From Acidimicrobiia bacterium (GTDB taxonomy: Bacteria > Actinomycetota > Acidimicrobiia > Acidimicrobiales > Ilumatobacteraceae), in NCBI GenBank assembly GCA_043741295.1, contig JAYUAM010000835.1, positions 1 to 39,150 of the forward strand: a stretch of 39,150 nt of DNA, written 5' to 3'. The notes beneath the pieces are model-generated. The model did no database searches, was not told the DNA's origin, and was given only the letters and a program-made list of their open reading frames with translations. Positions within the stretch are counted from its first letter, which is position 1, and every line of letters starts with the position of its first letter. The position numbers were made by a program, and so were the translations under genes. Shown one piece after another: positions 7,370-15,923 of the stretch.

Positions 7370-8569
7370 GTGCAGCATCTCACGGGCACCGTCCAGCACT
7401 ACGCCTGGGGTTCGACGCGGGCGATCCCCAGTCTCCTCGGCGTCGAGCCCGACGGTCGCCCGTGGGCCGAGCTGTGGCTGGGCGCCCACCCGTCGGCACC
7501 GTCCCGACTCGACGACGGCACCCGACTCGACGACGGCACCCGACTCGACGACGGCACCCGACTCGACGCCGGCACCCGACTCGACGCCGCGATCGCCGCC
7601 GATCCCGTCCGCTGGCTCGGTGCTCCCACGGCCGAACGGTTCGGTGCATTGCCGTACCTGCTCAAGGTCCTGTCCGCCGGCCAACCGCTGTCGCTCCAGG
7701 CGCACCCCTCGCTCGCCCAGGCGGTGGAGGGGTTCGCCCGCGAGAACGACGCCGGCATCGCGCTCGACGCACCGCACCGCGTGTACCGGGACGCCAACCA
7801 CAAGCCCGAGCTGATCTGCGCACTGACCGAGTTCGACGCACTCTGCGGGTTCCGTCCGCTCGCCGCCACGGTCGAGCTGCTCCGCGCGCTCACGGCCCGC
7901 GGCGCTCACAGGCTTGCGCCGTTCGTGACGGTGCTCGGCGACGGTGCCGCCGATCCGGCTGACGCGTTGCGCTTCGCCGTCGGCACGCTGCTCGCCATGC
8001 CACTCGGCGATCAGGGTCATCTCGTCGAGCAGGCGGCGGCGGCCTGTGAGGACCTCGACGGGCCGTTCACCCGTTCGGCGTCGTGGATGGTGCGGCTCGC
8101 CGAGCAGTACGGCGACGACGTCGGCGCCGTCGTGTCGCTCTTCCTGAACTGCTTGCAACTGCAACCAGGTGAAGCGATCTTTCTCGCCGCCGGCAACCTG
8201 CACGCCTACCTGCGCGGCACCGGCATCGAGATCATGGCGAACAGCGACAACGTGCTACGTGGTGGTCTCACGCCCAAGCACGTCGACGTGCCAGAGCTGC
8301 TGCGCGTGCTCGACTTCACACCACTCGCGGACCCGCGCTTCCCCGCCACGCAGGTCGACGGTGGGGGCTTCTCGTTCACGCCCCCGGTGCCCGAGTTCTC
8401 ACTGAGCACGTCGCCGTACCTGCCGGCGAACGGGCCCGAGATCTGGCTGTGCACCGACGGCGAGGTCGACGGCCTGCGGCGCGGGCAGGCGGCGTTCGTG
8501 CCACCGGGTTCGCCCGCCGCGCCCGGCGCAGGCGGCACTGTGTACCGCGCCGGCATCGGCATCGCCTGA
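7370..8569 (+). CDS. manA: Mannose-6-phosphate isomerase, class I
   Basis: From GTG 7370: QHLTGTVQHYAWGS....P.LLG........AELWLGAHP, then PYLLKVLSAGQPLSLQAHP, YRDANHKPELICALT.F, GEAIFLAAGNLHAYLRGTGIEIMANSDNVLRGGLTPKHVDVPELL. This is collinear with enterobacterial ManA (MQKLINSVQNYAWGS...). Confidence 0.92.
   Translation: MQHLTGTVQHYAWGSTRAIPSLLGVEPDGRPWAELWLGAHPSAPSRLDDGTRLDDGTRLDDGTRLDAGTRLDAAIAADPVRWLGAPTAERFGALPYLLKVLSAGQPLSLQAHPSLAQAVEGFARENDAGIALDAPHRVYRDANHKPELICALTEFDALCGFRPLAATVELLRALTARGAHRLAPFVTVLGDGAADPADALRFAVGTLLAMPLGDQGHLVEQAAAACEDLDGPFTRSASWMVRLAEQYGDDVGAVVSLFLNCLQLQPGEAIFLAAGNLHAYLRGTGIEIMANSDNVLRGGLTPKHVDVPELLRVLDFTPLADPRFPATQVDGGGFSFTPPVPEFSLSTSPYLPANGPEIWLCTDGEVDGLRRGQAAFVPPGSPAAPGAGGTVYRAGIGIA
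7503..7587 (+). repeat. In-frame 18-bp tandem repeat (4.7 units) inside manA, encoding DDGTRL x3, DAGTRL, DA...
   Basis: Units CCCGACTCGACGACGGCA at 7503, 7521 and 7539. A variant CCCGACTCGACGCCGGCA at 7557 and a partial unit from 7575. Confidence 0.9.
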
Positions 8570-8581
8570 TCCAGGCGAGCG

Positions 8582-9799
8582 CTACGTGGTGGCGACGCGC
8601 TTGCGGATGAGGTCGATCTTCGTGCCGGCGTCGTTGACGTCGTCGCCTTTTTCGGCGAGCAGCTCGTCACGGTCGAGACGGGCGGCGCGCTGGGCCTTGG
8701 CGACATCGGCCCGGGCGATGGCGGCGTCGGTACCATGCTCCATGATGTAGTCGGCCCACTCCACCAGCGCATCGACCATCTCGTCCTCGGGCACCACCGC
8801 GACGTTCGTGCCCTTGACGAACAGGTGGCCGCGCTTGTTGCCGGCGGCGATGCCGAGGTCGGCCTCGCGGGCCTCGCCCGGCCCGTTGACGACGCAGCCC
8901 ATCACGGCGATCTGCAACGGGATCTGGCGGCCCTCGAACGCGGCCTGGGCGCGGTTGGCGACGTCGATCACGTCGACCTCGGCGCGGCCGCAGCTCGGGC
9001 AGGCGATGAGGTCGACGTTTTTGCGCTCGCGCAGGCCCATCGCTTCGAGCAACATGCGGCCCGCCTTCGCCTCTTCCACCGGATCGGCGGTGAGCGAGAA
9101 GCGGATCGTGTCGCCGATGCCCTCGGCGAGCAGCGTCGCGATGCCCGCAGTGGCCTTCACCAGGCCACCGGGCAACGGGCCGGCTTCGGTGACGCCGAGG
9201 TGCAGCGGGTGGTCGGTGACGTCGGCGAGCTGGCGGTAGGCCTCGATCATAAGGTTCACGTTCGATGCCTTCACCGAGATCTTCACGTCGTCGAACCCGA
9301 CCTCGGCGAAGTAGGCGAGTTCCTGCTGCGCCGATTCGACCATCGCCTCGGGCGTCACCTTGCCGCCGTGCTTGTCGTACAGCGCGGGGTCGAGACTGCC
9401 GCCGTTGACGCCGATGCGGATCGGCACGCCGCGGTCGCGGCACGCCTCGGCGACGAGCTTGATGTGCTCGGGCCGGCGGATGTTGCCGGGATTCAGCCGC
9501 AGGCACTGCACGCCGGCGTCGAGCGCGGCGAGCGCCATCTTGTACTGGTGGTGGATGTCGGCGATGATCGGCACGGGCGAGCGGGGCACGATCTGGGCGA
9601 GACCCTCGGCCGCTTCGGGCTCGTTGCACGTGCACCGCACGATGTCGCACCCGGCGGCGGCGAGCGCGTAGATCTGCTGCAGGGTGCCTTCGACGTCGGC
9701 CGTCTTCGTGGTCGTCATCGACTGCACGGTGATCGGCGAGCCCCCGCCCACCGCAACGCCCCCGACCATGATCTGGCGGGTGGTGCGACGTTCGAACAC
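8582..9799 (-). CDS. ispG: 4-hydroxy-3-methylbut-2-en-1-yl diphosphate synthase (MEP pathway)
   Basis: 405 aa: GGGSPITVQSMTTT, RCTCNEPEAAE, IPIIADIHH, LRLNPGNI, IRIGVNGGSL, ACPSCGR, MGCVVNGPGE. These are IspG/GcpE hallmark motifs, including the Fe-S cysteines. Confidence 0.97.
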   Translation of the reverse strand: MFERRTTRQIMVGGVAVGGGSPITVQSMTTTKTADVEGTLQQIYALAAAGCDIVRCTCNEPEAAEGLAQIVPRSPVPIIADIHHQYKMALAALDAGVQCLRLNPGNIRRPEHIKLVAEACRDRGVPIRIGVNGGSLDPALYDKHGGKVTPEAMVESAQQELAYFAEVGFDDVKISVKASNVNLMIEAYRQLADVTDHPLHLGVTEAGPLPGGLVKATAGIATLLAEGIGDTIRFSLTADPVEEAKAGRMLLEAMGLRERKNVDLIACPSCGRAEVDVIDVANRAQAAFEGRQIPLQIAVMGCVVNGPGEAREADLGIAAGNKRGHLFVKGTNVAVVPEDEMVDALVEWADYIMEHGTDAAIARADVAKAQRAARLDRDELLAEKGDDVNDAGTKIDLIRKRVATT

Positions 9800-9806
9800 G
9801 ATGGGC

Positions 9807-11117
9807 TCAGCTCCTGAGATCGAGGTACATGTTGCCCAGCGAGAGCAGAGCCAACAGGCCGACCACGGCGTAGGAGACCGGTAGCAGCCGCGCCATGTCT
9901 ACCCGGTAGCGGCGACCGCGTCGACGGGAGCGGATCTTCTCGTAGATCGCCACCGACATGTGGCCGCCGTCGAACGGCAGCATCGGGAACCAGTTGATCA
10001 TCCCGATGAAGATGTTGACGGCGCTGAGCAGGGCAAGGCAGTCGCCGAAGTCCTGGCAGTACAGCCCACCGATCTTGGCGGCCCCGATCGGCGACAGCAT
10101 GCGGTTATCGGTCGAGCAGTTCGACGTGAGCGCCTTGCCGTAGCTGCGCAGACCCGACGGGCTGAAGATGGTGCCGAGCCCGACAACCGAATCCTTGGCG
10201 ATGTGCCCGAAGTCGACGAACGAGCGGCCGACGGCGGCCACCGGACTCACCTTCGACACGTTCGGGTCCTCGCCGACGGTTCCGATCCCGAGGAACCCAG
10301 CGTTGCACGTGCTGTTGCTCGTGCCGATCGTGCCGGCCAGCTTGACCTGAGCCGCGCCGCGCTGCACGGTGAAGGTCGCGGCGGTACCCGGGTGATCGTG
10401 GATGAACTTGAAGAGTCCTTCCCGATTCGCATACGGGGTGCCGTCGACGCCGACGATGCGATCGCCGGGCTGCAGGCCGATCGTCGCCGCCGCCGAACCC
10501 GGCGTGACCGAACCGACCTTCCAGGCGTCGGTCGTCTTGGCTCGTCCGACGAAGACAAGCGAGACGAACAGCAGGACGAGAGCGATGGCGAAGTGCATCA
10601 GCGAGCCCGCCGAGGCCATCGCCAGGCGCGAGTGGAAGGGGGCCGAGCGATAGGTGCGGTCCTCGTCGGCCGGGTCGATGTCGGTCTCCAGGTTCGACAT
10701 GCCCGGCACCTTCACGAACGCGCCGAGCGGCAGGGCCCGGATGCCGTACTCCGTCTCGCCCCGGCGGAAGCTCCACACGCGAGGCCCGAAGAACAGGAAG
10801 AACTGGGTCACCTTCATGCCGGCGCGCTTCGCCGCCAGGTAGTGGCCGAGCTCGTGGAGGAAGATGCAGGCGATGAGGGCGAGCACGAAGATGAGCGCCG
10901 CCCACTTGTAGAACACCCCGATGGCGAGGAGCATCGCCACGACGGCGGCGAGGCCGACGAGCGACCCCTTCTCCACCGGGTCGGTGGGCGCCTCGCCGGC
11001 CAGATCGAGCGCCAGATCGAGCGCCGGATCGGCCAGCGGGCCGGCGGGAGACGGGGACGGCGACCCACCGGGGACGGGCGGCGGAGGCGGCGGAGGCGGC
11101 GGAGGCAGCAGGCTCAT
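9807..11117 (-). CDS. rseP: M50 site-2 (RIP) zinc metalloprotease, RseP/Rip1-like, with PDZ domain
   Basis: HELGHYLAAKRAGMKV (HExxH), a PDZ-like segment (GSAAATIGLQPGDRIVGVDG) and the C-terminal NxxPxxxxDGG motif (NWFPMLPFDGGH). ATG 11117 overlaps the dxr stop (ATGA). The N-terminus carries 10 consecutive prolines. Confidence 0.9.
   Translation of the reverse strand: MSLLPPPPPPPPPPVPGGSPSPSPAGPLADPALDLALDLAGEAPTDPVEKGSLVGLAAVVAMLLAIGVFYKWAALIFVLALIACIFLHELGHYLAAKRAGMKVTQFFLFFGPRVWSFRRGETEYGIRALPLGAFVKVPGMSNLETDIDPADEDRTYRSAPFHSRLAMASAGSLMHFAIALVLLFVSLVFVGRAKTTDAWKVGSVTPGSAAATIGLQPGDRIVGVDGTPYANREGLFKFIHDHPGTAATFTVQRGAAQVKLAGTIGTSNSTCNAGFLGIGTVGEDPNVSKVSPVAAVGRSFVDFGHIAKDSVVGLGTIFSPSGLRSYGKALTSNCSTDNRMLSPIGAAKIGGLYCQDFGDCLALLSAVNIFIGMINWFPMLPFDGGHMSVAIYEKIRSRRRGRRYRVDMARLLPVSYAVVGLLALLSLGNMYLDLRS
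11076..11105 (-). repeat. Poly-proline-encoding (CCTCCGCCG)n tract: 10 consecutive Pro codons at residues 5-14 of the RseP-like protein
   Basis: The plus strand reads GGCGGCGGAGGCGGCGGAGGCGGCGGAGG. The minus-strand frame gives M S L L P10 V P G G. Confidence 0.85.
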
Positions 11118-12298
11118 CGGTTGCTCCAGGCGGTCACGACATCGCCAGCGACGATGCGGGCGCGTCGATCCGTGTCCATCACTGCCTCGACGGTGTCAGC
11201 CATCGATCCATCATGCCGGTCAAGCACCACTTCCAAAACGTCGGCCATGGAGAGCCACGGAATGAGCCCGTTCAAGAATGCGTCAACGACCACTTCGTTG
11301 GCCGCCGAAAGCCACGCTGGCGCGGTACCACCCCGCCGACCAGCCTCGTAGGCGAGCGGTAGGCAGCGGAAGAGGTCGGTATCGGGGGGCTCGAAGTCGA
11401 GCCGGCGCAGGCTCGCCCAGTCGATGCGGCCGAACGGCGTGGCGATGCGACCCGGATAGGCGAGGGCGTACCCGATCGGCAGGCGCATGTCGGGGAGCGA
11501 GAGCTGGGCGATGGTCGCGGCGTCGGTGAACTCGACCATCGAGTGGATGATCGACTGCGGGTGCACGACGACCTCGATCTGGTCGTATGGCACACCGAAC
11601 AGCTCGTGCGCCTCGATCACCTCGAGGCCCTTGTTCATCAGCGTGGACGAATCGACGGTGATCTTCGGCCCCATCTTCCACGTGGGATGGGCGAGGGCCT
11701 CGTCGACCGTTATCGCCTCCAGCGCATCCCTGGTCCGACCGCGAAACGGCCCACCCGACGCGGTGAGCACGAGACGGGCAAGCTCGCTCCCGCCGTTCGT
11801 CTGCGCGCTGGCCCGCAGGCACTGATGGATCGCACAGTGCTCGGAATCGACGGGCACCAACTCGGCCCCCGGCGTGGCGCGCAACGGCTGCACCACCGGC
11901 CCGGCGGCGATGAGACTCTCCTTGTTGGCGAGGGCCAGGCGCTTGCCGGCCCGCAACGTCTCCAGCGTCACCGGCAGACCGGCGAACCCGACGACGCCGT
12001 TGACCACGACGTCGGCATCGGCCACCAGCTCGGTGAGATCGCCGACCACGCGGGCAAAGGGCAGGGCGTCGGCCACGTCGGCCCGCTTCGCTGGATCGCT
12101 CACGGCGACGACGGCAGGGCGAAGCTCGCGGGCCTGCGCGATGACCGTGTCGACCGATGCGCCGACGCCGAGCCCGACGACGCGGTAGCGGTCACGCTCG
12201 GCCCGCACGACATCGATCGTCTGTGTGCCGATCGACCCCGACGAACCGGCGATCGCCACGTTGATCGTGCGCTCAGACGCGCCGGTGGTTGCCATCAC
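11114..12298 (-). CDS. dxr: 1-deoxy-D-xylulose 5-phosphate reductoisomerase
   Basis: 394 aa: VAIAGSSGSIGTQT (NADPH site), LANKESL, PVDSEH.AI.QC, LTASGGPFR, HP.W.MG.KITVDS.T.MNKGLE.IEA. These are classic Dxr motifs. Confidence 0.97.
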   Translation of the reverse strand: MMATTGASERTINVAIAGSSGSIGTQTIDVVRAERDRYRVVGLGVGASVDTVIAQARELRPAVVAVSDPAKRADVADALPFARVVGDLTELVADADVVVNGVVGFAGLPVTLETLRAGKRLALANKESLIAAGPVVQPLRATPGAELVPVDSEHCAIHQCLRASAQTNGGSELARLVLTASGGPFRGRTRDALEAITVDEALAHPTWKMGPKITVDSSTLMNKGLEVIEAHELFGVPYDQIEVVVHPQSIIHSMVEFTDAATIAQLSLPDMRLPIGYALAYPGRIATPFGRIDWASLRRLDFEPPDTDLFRCLPLAYEAGRRGGTAPAWLSAANEVVVDAFLNGLIPWLSMADVLEVVLDRHDGSMADTVEAVMDTDRRARIVAGDVVTAWSNR

Positions 12299-12428
12299 CC
12301 CTGATTGTGTCAGCCAACGACAGCCTCGGTGCGGTCAGCAGACGCCGGGCGTCGTGCCGCCAGGCAGAGCCCGGCCGCCGAGAGCAGCCGAAGCGCAGCG
12401 GAGGCCAGTCGAGGCCATCAGAACGTCC

Positions 12429-13817
12429 TCAGCGCACGCCGACGGGCACGTTGAGCAGCAGGCCGAGGTAGTAGACGGCGGGCAACACGAACAGGAAGGC
12501 GTCGAACCGGTCGAGCACGCCGCCGTGCGCCGGCAGGAGATCGCCCATGTCCTTCACGCCGAGGCTGCGCTTGAGCATCGACTCGACGAGATCGCCGATC
12601 GGCGCGGCGATGGCGATGACGACCATCAGCTGGATGGTGTGGATCACCCGGTCGTTCCACGGTGCCACGTGGCCGAGCTGCGCGGCGAGGAACACGAGGC
12701 CGGCCGAGGCCGCCATGCCGGCGCACAGGCCCTCCACGGTCTTGTTCGGGCTCACCCAGCGGATCAGCGGTGAGCGCCCGACCGCGGAGCCGGCGAGGAG
12801 GCCGACCGTGTCGTAGCCGACGGTGGCGAGCGCAAGGGTGAACATCGTGCCGACACCGTGACGCTCGCGCAGGATGAGCCCGGCGTAGGAGCCGAGCAGG
12901 CCGACGTAGACGATGCCGAGCATGGTGGCCGAGGCGTTCGGCATCGGGGCCGAGTCGAGCGTGCCCGACAGCAGCAGCCACAACATGGTGGCCACCACCG
13001 AGGCGAAGAGCACGACGGTGATGCCGTCGTGGCCGCGCCAGTAGGTGACGAACGGCATCGACGCGCAGGCGGCGATGCCGATGAACGTGGCCGGCTGGTA
13101 GCCCGCCTTGCGTTGCGACTCGTACAGCTCGGCGGCGGCGATGCCGAGGATCACCATCACGAGGCCGACCAGGTACCGCGGGCCGGCCTTGGACAGCGCG
13201 AGATAGACCGCGGCGATGGCCAGGCCGACGCCGATGGCGACCGGCAGGTTGCGACCGCCAGCGCCGGCACGGGCGGCACCGGGCAGTGCCGCGTCCTCGC
13301 GCGGTCGCGCCGGTTGACGGGGTGGACGCTGGGTACGGATCGTGGTCACTCGCTGTTCGGGATCGTTGGTCGGCCGGTCGTCGAACCGAAGTGCGGGCGC
13401 CGGCTCGGCCGGTGCCAGCTCGTCGTCGTCGTCATTGAATCCGAGTGGCGAGATGCTTGGGTCGACGGTCGAGCGCGTGTCCCAGATGGGGTTCTCGCCA
13501 GTGAGCTCGTCGGCCCATGACGTGCCGTCGCCGGCGTCGCCTTCGGCGTTGAGCTTCGGCAACTCGCCGGTGGGCGGCGCCGTCCAATGGGGCATCGGAC
13601 CGGTGTCGTCGGCGCCGAAGCTCATCGGAGCCTCGTCGTTGGAGGTTATGATGCGCACCGCTTCCGTGGGGTCGCTCGGCGTCGTAGACCAACCGGCCTT
13701 CGACGGGTCACCGGACTCGGACTTCGGTGCGTCGGCGGGCGCCGACGCACTGTCGAAGTCGTCGAGGTCGTCGTCGAACGGGTCGTAGCCCGGGCGGTCG
13801 CGGTTGTCATCAACCAT
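12429..13817 (-). CDS. cdsA: Phosphatidate cytidylyltransferase with an N-terminal acidic/disordered extension of about 190 aa
   Basis: The C-terminal 270 aa are polytopic, with the CDP-diglyceride synthase signature SMLKRSLGVKDMGDLLPAHGGVLDRFDAFLF. The N-terminal part is D/E/P/S/T-rich, unlike the Arg/Ala-rich wrong-frame noise here. It starts 10 nt after the frr stop and is preceded by GAGGGGG. Confidence 0.85.
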   Translation of the reverse strand: MVDDNRDRPGYDPFDDDLDDFDSASAPADAPKSESGDPSKAGWSTTPSDPTEAVRIITSNDEAPMSFGADDTGPMPHWTAPPTGELPKLNAEGDAGDGTSWADELTGENPIWDTRSTVDPSISPLGFNDDDDELAPAEPAPALRFDDRPTNDPEQRVTTIRTQRPPRQPARPREDAALPGAARAGAGGRNLPVAIGVGLAIAAVYLALSKAGPRYLVGLVMVILGIAAAELYESQRKAGYQPATFIGIAACASMPFVTYWRGHDGITVVLFASVVATMLWLLLSGTLDSAPMPNASATMLGIVYVGLLGSYAGLILRERHGVGTMFTLALATVGYDTVGLLAGSAVGRSPLIRWVSPNKTVEGLCAGMAASAGLVFLAAQLGHVAPWNDRVIHTIQLMVVIAIAAPIGDLVESMLKRSLGVKDMGDLLPAHGGVLDRFDAFLFVLPAVYYLGLLLNVPVGVR

Positions 13818-13827
13818 GCTGGCCCCC

Positions 13828-14385
13828 TCAGACCTCGAGCAGCTCGTGCTCTTTGCGAGCGAACGCCTTGTCGATCAGATCGACGTGCTCGTGGGTGATC
13901 TTCTCGAGGTCTTTCTCCGCCCGTTCGAGGGCATCGGCCGAGACCTCGCCGTTCTTCTCGGTCACTTCGAGGTGCTTGCGGACGTCGCGGCGGATGTTGC
14001 GCACCGCGACGCGACCGTCTTCGGCCATGTGCTTGACAACCTTCACGAACTCCTTGCGGCGCTCTTCGGTGAGCGCCGGGAAGTTGATGCGGATGATGAC
14101 GCCGTCGTTCGAGGGTGACACCCCGAGGTCGGAATCGCGGATCGCCTTCTCGATGGCGTTCAGCGCGCCGCGATCGTGCGGCTTGATGACGAGCTGACGC
14201 GCTTCGGGCACCTGGAACCCAGCGAGTTGTTGAAGCGGCACGTCAGCACCGTAGTAGTTCACCAGCAGCTTCTCGACCAACACGGGGCTCGCCCGACCGG
14301 TGCGGATGGTGGAGAACTGGCCCTGCGTGTGCTCGACCGCCTTGGACATCTTCTCCATCGCCTCGAGCAGCTGATCGTCGATCAC
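13828..14385 (-). CDS. frr: Ribosome recycling factor
   Basis: 185 aa: F..IRTGRA.P.L......V.YYG...PL.Q.A....PE.R...I.P.D, L.P..DG..IR...P.LTEERR.E..K, RN.RRD. These are canonical Frr features. The GTG start overlaps the pyrH stop (GTGA). Confidence 0.97.
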   Translation of the reverse strand: MIDDQLLEAMEKMSKAVEHTQGQFSTIRTGRASPVLVEKLLVNYYGADVPLQQLAGFQVPEARQLVIKPHDRGALNAIEKAIRDSDLGVSPSNDGVIIRINFPALTEERRKEFVKVVKHMAEDGRVAVRNIRRDVRKHLEVTEKNGEVSADALERAEKDLEKITHEHVDLIDKAFARKEHELLEV

Positions 14386-15113
14386 CGGACCAGAGTACCG
14401 ACCTGGTTACCTTCGAGCAGGGATCTGATGTTCCCCTTCACCGAGAGGTCGAACACCACGATCGGGATCTGGTTGTCGCGACAGAACGCGATGGCGGTCG
14501 AGTCCATCACCTTGAGGTCCTTGTTGAGGACCTCGGTGAAGCTCACCTCCTCGTAGCGCGTGGCGTTCGGATCCTGCTTCGGATCGGCGTCGTACACGCC
14601 GTCGACCTGGGTCCCCTTGAGGATGGCACCGGCCTCGATCTCGGCGGCGCGCAACGCCGCCGCGGTGTCTGTCGTGAAGAACGGGTTGCCCGTGCCGGCG
14701 GCAAAGATGACGACGCGGCCCTTCTCCAGATGCCGGATGGCCCGCCGGCGAATGTAGGGCTCGGCAATCCGTGGCATCTCGACCGCCGTCTGCACGCGCG
14801 TCGGCGTACCGAGGCGCTCGAAGGCGTCCTGCAGGGCGAGCGCGTTCATCACCGTGGCGAGCATGCCCATGTGGTCGGACTGCGTGGCGTCCATGCCCTT
14901 GCCGGCACCGACTCGACCGCGCCAGAAGTTCCCGCCACCGACCACGATCGCCACACCGATGCCGAGATCGTTGCCGACCTCGGTGACATCGGCGGCGATC
15001 GAGTGGAGCACGGTCGGATCGATGCCCATGCCGGCATCGCCGGCTAGCGCTTCGCCCGACAACTTGAGCACGATGCGCGACCAATGAGGTCGTTGCGACG
15101 CCAGCGCCGTCAT
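14382..15113 (-). CDS. pyrH: UMP kinase
   Basis: 243 aa: [77 protein letters not shown]. Confidence 0.97.
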   Translation of the reverse strand: MTALASQRPHWSRIVLKLSGEALAGDAGMGIDPTVLHSIAADVTEVGNDLGIGVAIVVGGGNFWRGRVGAGKGMDATQSDHMGMLATVMNALALQDAFERLGTPTRVQTAVEMPRIAEPYIRRRAIRHLEKGRVVIFAAGTGNPFFTTDTAAALRAAEIEAGAILKGTQVDGVYDADPKQDPNATRYEEVSFTEVLNKDLKVMDSTAIAFCRDNQIPIVVFDLSVKGNIRSLLEGNQVGTLVR

Positions 15114-15131
15114 TTCGCCCGCCTCATGCGA

Positions 15132-15920
15132 TCAGCCGATCGTCACCTGGGCGAAGCGGACGATCTCCGCCTTGCCGAGCAGTTGCGAGATCGACTGCTT
15201 CTCGTCCTTCACGTAGGCCTGTTCGAGCAGGCAGTTGTCACGGAAGAACCCGCTGATGCGACCATCGACGATCTTGCCGATGGCGGCCTCCGGCTTGCCC
15301 TCGTTGCGGGTGATCTGCTCGAGGGTCTCGCGTTCCTTGGCCACCACGTCGGCCGGCACGTCCTCGCGCCGCAGGTAGCGCGGCTTGGCGAACCCGACGT
15401 GCACAGCGATCTCGTGAGCCAGATCTGCGTCGCCGCTGGCCAGCTCGACGAGAACACCGTTCACCCCGCGACCACCCTGGATGTGAAGGTACGAGTCGAG
15501 CACGTTGCCGGCGGCCGCCTCGAGCCGCACGACCCGACCGAGCTCGATGTTCTCCTTGAGCGTGATCTTGAGATCGTCGAGCGCCGCCGACTTCTCGGCG
15601 ATGGCATCCTCGCCCTTCATGGCGACCACGACGGCCATGTCTTTGGCGAGATCCTTGAAGTGCTCCGAGCCGGCCACGAAGTCGGTCTCGCTCTTCAGCT
15701 GCACCATCGCCCCGAGAGAACCGTCGAGATACAGCGCGACCACGCCCTGGTTGTTCTCACGGTCGGACCGCTCGGCGGCCTTGGTGAGGCCCTTCTCGCG
15801 CAGGTACTGGATCGCCGCGTCGATGTCGCCATCGGTGGCCTCCAACGCCTTCTTGCAGTCCATCATGCCCACACCCGTCGAGGCTCGGAGCGCGGCGACG
15901 TCCTTTGCCGTGAACGCCAC
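15132..15920 (-). CDS. tsf: Translation elongation factor Ts
   Basis: 262 aa: LR..TG.GMMDCKKAL....GD...AI..LREKG..KA..R (UBA-like N-terminus), then the EF-Ts core with HI....GR.GVLVEL. Confidence 0.97.
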   Translation of the reverse strand: MAFTAKDVAALRASTGVGMMDCKKALEATDGDIDAAIQYLREKGLTKAAERSDRENNQGVVALYLDGSLGAMVQLKSETDFVAGSEHFKDLAKDMAVVVAMKGEDAIAEKSAALDDLKITLKENIELGRVVRLEAAAGNVLDSYLHIQGGRGVNGVLVELASGDADLAHEIAVHVGFAKPRYLRREDVPADVVAKERETLEQITRNEGKPEAAIGKIVDGRISGFFRDNCLLEQAYVKDEKQSISQLLGKAEIVRFAQVTIG

Positions 15921-15923
15921 GGC

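Noticed and set aside
12299-12428. 28-aa minus-strand ORF (MASTGLRCASAALGGRALPGGTTPGVC) and a GCCGGGC...GCCCGGC hairpin in the cdsA-dxr spacer
   Set aside because: There is no RBS, the composition is wrong-frame-like, and there is nothing to suggest conservation. The hairpin has an 18-nt loop and no U-tract. It is probably a plain intergenic spacer.
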